Part shown: piece by piece, positions 7,760 to 14,232 of the stretch
Position numbering within the stretch: the stretch's first letter is position 1
Layout of the letters: each line of letters opens with the position of its first letter
Origin: an uncultured Deferribacteres bacterium
GTDB lineage: Bacteria > Zhuqueibacterota > Zhuqueibacteria > Zhuqueibacterales > Geothermadaptataceae
Reading direction: 5' to 3'
Assembly: GCA_964014485.1 (NCBI GenBank)
Contig: CAXHAT010000203.1
Coordinates: 1-14,232, forward strand
Length of the DNA stretch: 14,232 nucleotides
Position numbers and translations under genes: made by a program
Notes under the pieces: generated by a model
Told to the model about the DNA's origin: nothing
The model's database searches: none
Seen by the model: the letters and a program-made list of their open reading frames with translations, nothing else

Positions 7760-7787
7760 GTTTTGCGAGCGAAAACGGAATTTGACC

Positions 7788-8912
7788 ATGAATCGACGCA
7801 GTTTTCTTCAATCTACGGCGGCGTTTGCGAGTCTGCCTTCTTTGGCTCCCTTCGCATCAAAATTAAGTATAAAGCAAGATCAGGCGAAAACGATTTATCG
7901 CGACAGTATTGTGATTGACTGTCTGGCGAGTCCCGCTGCGTTTAACATTCCCTGGCCGCCCGTTGGCCCGCTGAGCGAAGAGCAGCTAAAAAATGTACGA
8001 GAATGCGGAATCACGGCGGTGAATCTTACGGTCAGCGCGCCGGAGTTTGAGAAAACCGTCCGCAATGTCGCCTTCTGGACAAATGAAGTGCGAACGCACA
8101 ATGATGCTATGATGCTGGTTCGTGATCTCGCCGATTTTGCTGAAGCGAAAAAGTCGAAACGGCTGGGCGTCATTCTGGGATTTCAGCATTCGGAAATGCT
8201 TGGGCGTGATTTGTCGCGGATTGAAATGTTCAAAAATCTGGGCGTCCGAATCATTCAATTGACTTACAATCGACGCAACTTGCTGGGCGACGGCTGTCTT
8301 GAGCCGGGAAACGGCGGTTTGAGCAAGCTTGGACGTGAAGCCGTCGAGCAGATGAACGCTCAAGGCCTCGCCGTCGATTTGAGCCATTGCAACACGCAAA
8401 CCACTGCCGACGGCATTGCTGTTTCTTCAAAACCGGTGATCATTTCACACAGCGGATGTCGCGAAGTCTATCAAAACCCGCGCAATAAAGAAGATCGCGA
8501 GTTGCGGGCCATGACTGAGAAGGGCGGGGTGATCGGGATTTTTCTCATGCCGTTCCTCGGCAACGACGGCTCGCCCTACGCCAACAAAGAAATGTTTTTT
8601 GCCCACCTTAAACATGCGCTCAACGTCTGCGGCTCTGATCACGTCGGGGTCGGCAGCGACCTGAGCATTACGCCGGTTGAAGAAACGCCGGAATATTTAA
8701 AAACCTGGCGCGAGGGCGGAGCGATTCGAAAAAGACTGGGCATTCAAGCGCCGGACGAGGCGGGGCGTTTTCCGTACCTGCCTGATCTGAATTCGCCGAG
8801 AAGACTCGAACTCATCGCAATCGAAATGGAAAAGCGAGGGGATTCAGCGGGTACGATTGAAAAAGTTCTTGGTAAGAATTTTCTGAGAGCGTTTGGGGAA
8901 ATTTGGAATTGA
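7788..8912 (+). CDS. Tat-exported membrane dipeptidase-like protein (peptidase M19 / amidohydrolase fold)
   Basis: Start moved to ATG 7788, giving the twin-arginine signal 'MNRRSFLQS'. M19 motifs 'GVRIIQLTYN', 'GLSKLGREAVEQMN', 'VDLSH', 'ISHS', 'PRNKED', 'HVGVGSD', 'KVLGKNFLR'. Confidence 0.88.
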   Translation: MNRRSFLQSTAAFASLPSLAPFASKLSIKQDQAKTIYRDSIVIDCLASPAAFNIPWPPVGPLSEEQLKNVRECGITAVNLTVSAPEFEKTVRNVAFWTNEVRTHNDAMMLVRDLADFAEAKKSKRLGVILGFQHSEMLGRDLSRIEMFKNLGVRIIQLTYNRRNLLGDGCLEPGNGGLSKLGREAVEQMNAQGLAVDLSHCNTQTTADGIAVSSKPVIISHSGCREVYQNPRNKEDRELRAMTEKGGVIGIFLMPFLGNDGSPYANKEMFFAHLKHALNVCGSDHVGVGSDLSITPVEETPEYLKTWREGGAIRKRLGIQAPDEAGRFPYLPDLNSPRRLELIAIEMEKRGDSAGTIEKVLGKNFLRAFGEIWN

Positions 8913-8914
8913 AA

Positions 8915-9044
8915 GGAGTGCAAAGCTTGCTTTGCTTATCGTCCGGCTCAACCGAACGGAAGAAGGATGACTCCAGTAAAAGATTGAAGAAGCGCACGAT
9001 TAGAAAAAGCCTGCTGCGAAAAGGCAAGTCAAGCCTTACACTCC
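8915..9044. repeat. REP doublet (GGAGTG...CACTCC type) between convergent genes
   Basis: GGAGTGCAAAGCTTGCTTTGC (8915-8935; hairpin GCAAAGC/GCTTTGC) faces AAGGCAAGTCAAGCCTTACACTCC (9021-9044). The reverse complement of the second unit begins GGAGTGTAAGGCTTG, a 13/15 match to the first. Confidence 0.65.
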
Positions 9045-9055
9045 AGCGCTTTCCT

Positions 9056-9499
9056 TCAAATAAAGCGCTCGCGCAACTCCGGAGTAGGGACGCGACATTG
9101 ATCGCTTTGGCCAAACCAGCGATAACGATTTTTGGCGACAAGATCATAAAAAACGTCTCGCAGCGGCGCGGGAACAATGACGCCCAGCCAAGCGATTTTC
9201 CAAGGGAAAGGGAGATGCTTGGCAATGCGCACAACCGCACTTGACCGGACAAAAAAACGGTCGCCGTCGACCAAAACGATGGTCTTGATTTCATCCTCCG
9301 GCATCCCGAATTTGCGCAAATAAGCGCGGCCCGCTTCAGACTGCAAAGACCCAAATTTGAAAACGCTTTCCGGGTCGCGGTCAATCACAAAATTCACATA
9401 GCCGTTGCAAAGATTGCAAACCCCGTCGAAGAGGATGACTGGGTGGGAAAGGGCTTCTTCGATTTCATTCGCGGCGTAATCGTGCGATTCTGTGCTCAT
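9056..9499 (-). CDS. DCC-family thiol-disulfide oxidoreductase (DUF393, YuxK-like)
   Basis: 'VILFDGVCNLCNG' DxxCxxC motif, 'FKFGSLQS', 'RDVFYDLVAKNRYRWFG', C-terminal 'C.VPTPELRERF'. Confidence 0.93.
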   Translation of the reverse strand: MSTESHDYAANEIEEALSHPVILFDGVCNLCNGYVNFVIDRDPESVFKFGSLQSEAGRAYLRKFGMPEDEIKTIVLVDGDRFFVRSSAVVRIAKHLPFPWKIAWLGVIVPAPLRDVFYDLVAKNRYRWFGQSDQCRVPTPELRERFI

Positions 9500-9502
9500 A
9501 GT

Positions 9503-9700
9503 CTATCGCTCTCTGAGTTTAGCAAACTCAAAAACTCTCTGAAGTCTTCCGGTAGTTGCTTCAGGTCCATAAACGCATTCTTTCAAATAAGTGATGGTTG
9601 CAAATCGTTCAGAAACGGATTTTCCGTGCCACTCGTCCGCTTCGATCTGCTCGCTTTCACTTAGTTTATACCAGTTAACATCTTTTCTGTCTACTTTCAT
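9503..9700 (-). CDS. Small hypothetical protein (65 aa), resembling the small partner genes found beside nucleotidyltransferases
   Basis: ATG at 9700 (MKVDRKD...). Pattern 'W..KS..ERF.....L....YG......RLQRVFEF'. Stop is 3 bp before the DCC start, and a promoter candidate lies ~50 bp upstream. The family resemblance is from memory only. Confidence 0.65.
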   Translation of the reverse strand: MKVDRKDVNWYKLSESEQIEADEWHGKSVSERFATITYLKECVYGPEATTGRLQRVFEFAKLRER

Positions 9701-9739
9701 GAATGTCTCTACGTGTATTGGCTTCCGAAATTCTACCAA

Positions 9740-9776
9740 ATTTACACAATGTAAATGATGTAATCTGAGAATGCAA
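9740..9776 (-). promoter_or_regulatory. Putative promoter with overlapping operator-like palindrome
   Basis: Minus strand TTGCAT (9776-9771), 17-bp spacer, TACATT (9753-9748). Inverted repeat ATTTACA-CAA-TGTAAAT (9740-9756) overlaps the -10. Confidence 0.55.
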
Positions 9777-9823
9777 ACGCGAAAACATGATTTCAAAAAT
9801 ACTGAAATCTGAACTAATTATTA

Positions 9824-10106
9824 ACTGATGTTACGCGCCAGCTTCATAATCCAGCCACCTTTTATCAAAGTCATTCGGCGGCGCGCCCTACCGCCAACCT
9901 AATTTCGAGACGCCAAAAATGCTCGTTCCCAATCTCGGGATTGGGAACGCAATTGCACTCGAAACTCCAGTTTCGACTGAGTTCTTTGGTTCGAAACTGG
10001 AGTTTCGCGCCCATTTTCATTCCCAAACCGGAGTTTGGAAACGAGCCGTAATGAGATGCTGTTTTCGGTCGAGCCTCGGAATTGCTTTGCTGCGCGTAAC
10101 ATCAGT
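9824..10106. mobile_element. MITE-like non-autonomous element B
   Basis: Perfect inverted repeat TAACTGATGTTACGCGC (9822-9838) / GCGCGTAACATCAGTTA (10092-10108). Direct repeat TTATTAA at 9818-9824 and 10106-10112 looks like a target-site duplication (7 bp if the ends are CTG..CAG, 5 bp TATTA if ACT..AGT). No transposase. Confidence 0.85.
9921..10046. repeat. Nested four-hairpin REP-like cassette, copy 2, inside element B
   Basis: Outer pair GCTCGTTCCCAATCTCGGGATTGGGAACG (9921-9949, 11-bp stem) and CATTCCCAAACCGGAGTTTGGAAACGAGC (10018-10046). Inner pair CGAAACTCCAGTTTCGA (9960-9976) and TCGAAACTGGAGTTTCG (9991-10007), exact reverse complements of each other. Confidence 0.9.
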
Positions 10107-10146
10107 TATTAAAAGAATTCTCTTTTCCGCTGATTTGTCCAGTCGG

Positions 10147-12672
10147 CTAATTTCTAATCACTGCTAAATCATTTTTTGAACGATTCTCCCCAAAAACTTT
10201 CTCGCCTTCAATACCCGGCGCGAGCATGATGACGTCCGTTCCGTAAACGGATTCGATTTTCAGGCCGATTCCTTCAGACCTGTCCAGTTCGTTGCCGTTG
10301 ACTTCAACAGGCAAAAATGAAACGCGAACGCTGTCGGTCATTTCATTCGTTTCAAGCGGCAAAAGAATGTTCACAAAGCTTTTGGGCAAAGCCCCGGTCG
10401 TTTCAAATGTAACAGTCGGGGAAGGTTCTTTGTGACCGTACTGATCTGAAAACCAGCCCTGAATCGGATTTTCTTGACCGACGATTTTTTCCGCTTCGAT
10501 TTCCCCGTCGGCAAAAGTTTTCATCAAAAATGCCGGTCCGTTTTCGTAGCTGACAATAACGTCGTTGGAAGGCTGAAGCGTCACTTCCGGCCCGGGGGGA
10601 AAGTGAAAACGCTGTTCTATGGAATGATCGCCAGCGTCCTTGCTTTCGACAACATCCCAAACCACCCAATAATCCGGCTTGACAAATAGAAAACGCCGCG
10701 TATGCGAAAAGTTGTCAACGACATCTTCCTTAATATTTCCGTAGTCTTCGTCATAGGTCGATTCGAGATAGTCAAAAACCTCATTCGACTCCCAGACATT
10801 CGGCAGCTTACGCGAAGGATCGCTCAACCATTCCGACGGCTTGTTCGAACGAATTTGGCTGCGTCCGTCGATCACAATTGTGTTGTGCCCGAAGGATTTT
10901 TCGAAGTAGCGATGGAAATTTGTGTAGTTGTAAGTGAACGTGCCGCTCTCAACAATGAACGGTTTGCCGAAAGCGTAAAGCTCAAAATGAAGCTTGTCTT
11001 CGTGGCCATGAGCCGAACCAAAAAGACCGGCGTCCGCGAGCATAAAACGCGCGCTGTCGCTCCAGTCCGAGCGCATTGTGTAAAGCCCGGTGTAGGGAAA
11101 TTCGGTCGAAGTGATTTTGGGCGGCGCGCCTGAATCGCCGCTGGTGTTAAACCAATAGAAATCCGGACGATTGAATTTTTCAGCGGGATAATCGAAAAGA
11201 TTGCGAATATCGATAGTAAAAAAACCGTCGTTGGTCTGCGGCATTTCGCCGTTTGGCCGCACGGTGTACATGAGAAAATGGTACATTTCCTCAAGCTGCT
11301 GGTAATAATGCTCGGACAGATCGAGCTCGCTCAGTTCCGCCAAATCGGTCAATTGTTTGAGCAGAATCATGCAAAGCCTGTGGTAGTAAACCGAAGCTTC
11401 TTTGTAGCCGCCGTCCGGATAAACGTCCACGTTCATGGTGAATTCCAGACGTTCCGTGCCAACGTCCCGCCAGGTTTCGGCCATTTTGAATTCCGGGAAA
11501 AACGCAGCGGCGGCGAGCACGCCAATGTTTTCATGGAGCAAATGATTTTTTCGCGGCGAACGAAAGTGGCAGAGAAAATTGGCCTGCTCATGCACGGAAG
11601 CGAGCATTTTCCAGCGGATTTCCTCATCCATCTCCGGCGTTTCAAAAAACGCCATCCACGCATCGATCATGTACGGCATGCGCGTGCCAACCGTAAAAAG
11701 CGACCACATCGCATCCGGTTCGTCCTTCCACGACGGGCGGTTTTCCTGCGCGAACCAGTTGTGCATAAATCGATTGAAAAACGCCGGGTACTTGCTGTCG
11801 CCTGTGAGCAACCATGCTTCAACGATTTCCTTGAACCATTTCAAACGGTTGAAATAGACGATCCACTGCCGGTCGCCGATGGGGTTTTCGCGCAGATCGA
11901 TGTCTTCCGGCCAGATATACTCGCGGTCGCTGAAAATGTACTTGCGCGCAATCACGCTGTCGCCGAGCGCTGCAACGTGCGTACTGTCCGCGCCGGCCAA
12001 ATTCGCACGCAGCGTTTCGCGGTGTTTGGCTGCTTTTTCGGCAAAATATTGATAGAGCGTGTCGCGCGCGTCCGCCGAACGCCCGTTTGCGCCTTCGTGA
12101 GTCGGCAAATCCAGGAATTCAATCAAACCTTGCGGAGTAGGATGGAGGGAAGCGAGTCGAACATAACTCGGCTGGAAAAATTTTGCCGCCAAAGCCGCGA
12201 TGGGAATCAGCAAAAAAAACGCAAAGACCGGCGTTGCTGAAATTCTGGCGATAAAAGCCGTGTTAAGCGTGAATTTTCGGAAAATGAGCAATGTCAAGGC
12301 GAGTGCAACAAGACCAATCACGCCGTTCCCGATCATGCTTGGCGGCGTATAAAAACCGGGAAAAACGTTGGTGTTGAGATAATAAGCCAACGGCAGGGCA
12401 GGGAGGGAGACGATCAGTCCGGCGAGAAACAACCCCTCGAATTTTCGATAAACCGCCCAGGAGAACAGCGTTGCCGCGAAAGTTACGGGAACCAAAATCA
12501 GAAATTGCCACAGCGAAACCAGCAGAATGTTGAGGCCAAAAACCTGCAATTCAGCCGCGCGATACTGCTCGAAATAGAAAAAAGCCCCCGCTCGGCCAAC
12601 GCCCGCCAACACGCTGACAATGACCGCGAACTTGAATGCAACCCACCCATTATTTTTGATAAAATCTTTCAC
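10147..12672 (-). CDS. Heparinase II/III-family polysaccharide lyase-like protein with a multi-TM N-terminus
   Basis: 841 aa, GTG start, about 5 hydrophobic segments in the first ~165 aa. Motifs 'WLLTGDSKY', 'KNHLLHE', 'DGGYKEASVYYH', 'GEMPQTNDG', 'GLYTMRSDW', 'HGHEDKLHFELYAFG', 'HNTIVIDG', 'HTRRFLF', 'RFHFPP'. Confidence 0.88.
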   Translation of the reverse strand: MKDFIKNNGWVAFKFAVIVSVLAGVGRAGAFFYFEQYRAAELQVFGLNILLVSLWQFLILVPVTFAATLFSWAVYRKFEGLFLAGLIVSLPALPLAYYLNTNVFPGFYTPPSMIGNGVIGLVALALTLLIFRKFTLNTAFIARISATPVFAFFLLIPIAALAAKFFQPSYVRLASLHPTPQGLIEFLDLPTHEGANGRSADARDTLYQYFAEKAAKHRETLRANLAGADSTHVAALGDSVIARKYIFSDREYIWPEDIDLRENPIGDRQWIVYFNRLKWFKEIVEAWLLTGDSKYPAFFNRFMHNWFAQENRPSWKDEPDAMWSLFTVGTRMPYMIDAWMAFFETPEMDEEIRWKMLASVHEQANFLCHFRSPRKNHLLHENIGVLAAAAFFPEFKMAETWRDVGTERLEFTMNVDVYPDGGYKEASVYYHRLCMILLKQLTDLAELSELDLSEHYYQQLEEMYHFLMYTVRPNGEMPQTNDGFFTIDIRNLFDYPAEKFNRPDFYWFNTSGDSGAPPKITSTEFPYTGLYTMRSDWSDSARFMLADAGLFGSAHGHEDKLHFELYAFGKPFIVESGTFTYNYTNFHRYFEKSFGHNTIVIDGRSQIRSNKPSEWLSDPSRKLPNVWESNEVFDYLESTYDEDYGNIKEDVVDNFSHTRRFLFVKPDYWVVWDVVESKDAGDHSIEQRFHFPPGPEVTLQPSNDVIVSYENGPAFLMKTFADGEIEAEKIVGQENPIQGWFSDQYGHKEPSPTVTFETTGALPKSFVNILLPLETNEMTDSVRVSFLPVEVNGNELDRSEGIGLKIESVYGTDVIMLAPGIEGEKVFGENRSKNDLAVIRN

Positions 12673-12732
12673 AAACTGCCTGCTTTATCTTGTGCCAAAT
12701 TCGCGGAATGCAGGGAGTTGTCGAAGCGAAGC

Positions 12733-12774
12733 TTTTTGCGTTTTCTCTGCGTTCTTTGCGACTCGGCGTTAAAA
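12733..12774. repeat. Degenerate CT(C/T)TGCG tandem repeat (REP-like half element)
   Basis: TTTTTGCG-TTTT-CTCTGCG-TT-CTTTGCG-A-CTCGGCG-TTAAAA in the 115-bp gap between the amidohydrolase and the lyase. Confidence 0.45.
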
Positions 12775-12787
12775 ATCTAATTTACGA

Positions 12788-14059
12788 TTACTCTCGCGTT
12801 TCTTCAGAAAAGTCGATGGCTTCATCTTCAATCTGGTAAGCAAAAACCTTCTCCGCGTTTTCGCTGTAAATTTTGCGCAAGACCGAATCCGGCAAGCCGA
12901 TCCCGTGAATTCTCCAACGACCAAAACGATCCCAATGCGCGCGCGGGTAGTCAAAATACTCGTCCTTGGTTTCCAGAAAACGAAACGAAGCTTCGTAAGC
13001 GTCGCCTTCCGTTTTACCGTCAAGGCCGAATAAAACGCGATCTTGGTATTCAATCATGAATTTTCGCGTCGAGTAAGGCTGCCGCCCCAGTTCCGGCACG
13101 ACGTGTGAAAATTCGACAAAATAGTTCGGATATTTTTCCAATTCGCTGGCGACAAAATCAAGATTGTCCGCGGAATAGCCCATGTGCGCGCCAATAAAAA
13201 TCGTTTCCGGGAAGCGGCGCATAATGTTGCCACGCATGGCGAGAATTTCGTCTTTGGCGGGGAAATGGCTGTTGTCCCAGGTAAATTCCGTGTGGTAAAA
13301 CAGCCGCTTGGGGTGGCGCATCAAGCTGGCTTTGAAAAAGCGCCCGGTCAGCGCTTCGAACATTGGCCCGTACTTGCCCCAGGGAAAATCCAGCCGCTCC
13401 GACAAGCGCGCCTGCAATTCTTCGTAACGTTCGTTGTGGCCGTCCACAGGCTTCCAGAAAGCGGTTGGGTCGGCGTTGTGCATGATAACCGGCATTTTTA
13501 ACTCCGCCGCGAGCCGCCACACGCCGTCGAATCGCGGATCGTCGAGGCGGACGAGCTTGCCTTTTGTATCGCGCACCTGCAGACCAAGATCACGCCAGAT
13601 TTTCAATCCTCGCGCGCCCATGTCGTTGGCTTCCTGCAAACGCTGCACAACACGTTCAGGATAATCCGGCTGATCGATGCCGCTGAAATCGAGATTGGCG
13701 ACAGTGATGAATCGATCCGGGTATTTTTGCTGATAGCGCTCAATGTTTGCGCGCAGCTTTTCGCCGTAAAGTCCGTGCGTTTCCAGCGTCACGACCTTGT
13801 AAACGTTGGCCTTGTCCATCGCCGCGACCACTTCATCGGCTGTCATGCCGGAATATTCAAGGTGAATGTGCGCATCGAAAACGGGAAACTTCGCCCCGGA
13901 GATTTCGCTGCGCTGCGTGACAAGATTTGATTTCGGTTCGAAATCTTTCAGCAACAAATTGTCGTCATCGCGTTTGAAATACCAATAATATCCCCCGCCA
14001 ATCGCCGTAATAACCAGCAGCCCCAAAACAAAAAACGTATTGATCAAGCCCTTGAGCAT
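12788..14059 (-). CDS. Amidohydrolase family protein (amidohydrolase_2-like) with N-terminal membrane anchor
   Basis: HxH motif 'FDAHIH', 'GARGLKI', 'LDDPRFD', 'PVIMHNADP', 'FIGAHMG', 'ELGRQP', 'DRVLFGLD', 'VLRKIYSENA'. One N-terminal TM helix. Confidence 0.9.
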   Translation of the reverse strand: MLKGLINTFFVLGLLVITAIGGGYYWYFKRDDDNLLLKDFEPKSNLVTQRSEISGAKFPVFDAHIHLEYSGMTADEVVAAMDKANVYKVVTLETHGLYGEKLRANIERYQQKYPDRFITVANLDFSGIDQPDYPERVVQRLQEANDMGARGLKIWRDLGLQVRDTKGKLVRLDDPRFDGVWRLAAELKMPVIMHNADPTAFWKPVDGHNERYEELQARLSERLDFPWGKYGPMFEALTGRFFKASLMRHPKRLFYHTEFTWDNSHFPAKDEILAMRGNIMRRFPETIFIGAHMGYSADNLDFVASELEKYPNYFVEFSHVVPELGRQPYSTRKFMIEYQDRVLFGLDGKTEGDAYEASFRFLETKDEYFDYPRAHWDRFGRWRIHGIGLPDSVLRKIYSENAEKVFAYQIEDEAIDFSEETRE

Positions 14060-14142
14060 ATTTTTGCCGCAAAACTCCTCGTAAAGATTTCTCGGTTATT
14101 GAGTATTTCATATCCTTTTTCAGCAGTTTTGCGGAAATGCTT

Positions 14143-14179
14143 GAGTTGGAGAGTTGGAGAGTTGGAGAGTTGGAGAGTT
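14143..14179. repeat. 8-bp tandem repeat (GAGTTGGA) x4 plus a partial fifth copy
   Basis: Exact copies start at 14143, 14151, 14159 and 14167. The fifth copy stops after GAGTT (14175-14179), at the IS-like end. Confidence 0.95.
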
Positions 14180-14232
14180 TGAAGTGGACCCCAATGTCAA
14201 GACAGTTTTTACGAGAAGTTAAGGTGGATGAG
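14180..14232. mobile_element. Probable terminal inverted repeat of an IS3-family insertion sequence (truncated by the window end)
   Basis: TGAAGTGGACCCCAATGTCAAGACA has the 5'-TG terminus and the TGAAnTGnACCCC...AGACA pattern of IS3/IS150-like ends. Minus-strand stop codons just inside would fit a transposase 3' end, but no transposase is visible. Confidence 0.65.

Noticed and set aside
7758..7787. TTG start for the dipeptidase given by the ORF track
   Set aside because: Lies in the terminator U-tract; ATG 7788 places the twin-arginine motif at the N-terminus.
9701..9796. N-terminal extension of the 97-aa ORF 9503-9796
   Set aside because: Overlaps the predicted promoter/operator; ATG 9700 is the more plausible start.
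9899..10167. ORFs 9899-10102 (-) and 9919-10167 (+)
   Set aside because: Translations of the palindromic interior of element B, not credible proteins.
11278..12240. 320-aa plus-strand ORF
   Set aside because: Antisense shadow of the heparinase-like gene with no recognisable motifs.
14172..14200. Hybrid promoter formed by the IS-borne TTGACA
   Set aside because: No -10-like hexamer at 16-18 bp; that position falls in the (TCCAACTC)n tract.

Overview
Bacterial window with no rRNA, tRNA or CRISPR array. Minus strand, left: a small membrane-anchored protein (1192-1659) followed by an HTTM / vitamin K-dependent gamma-carboxylase-like membrane protein (53-1162). Plus strand, centre: a two-gene sialic/nonulosonic acid cassette (NanA-like lyase, then a NanM-like Kelch mutarotase fused to a sodium:solute symporter), a coiled-coil OmpA-family protein and a Tat-signal M19 dipeptidase-like protein. 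Minus strand, right: a membrane-anchored amidohydrolase, a multi-TM heparinase II/III-like lyase, a 65-aa orphan ORF and a DCC-family thiol-disulfide oxidoreductase. The window ends in what looks like an IS3-family terminal repeat next to an 8-bp tandem repeat. The intergenic DNA is the most unusual part. Two small non-coding elements (2038-2279 and 9824-10106) share the same terminal inverted repeats, and one is flanked by a perfect 7-bp direct repeat, yet each carries a different nested REP-like palindrome cassette. A second copy of one cassette (~87% identical by hand count) sits at 1852-2003 without terminal repeats. Two further REP-like families are present, and a ~50-bp promoter-containing direct repeat brackets the nan cassette. 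All family assignments are from motif recognition by eye; no searches were run.
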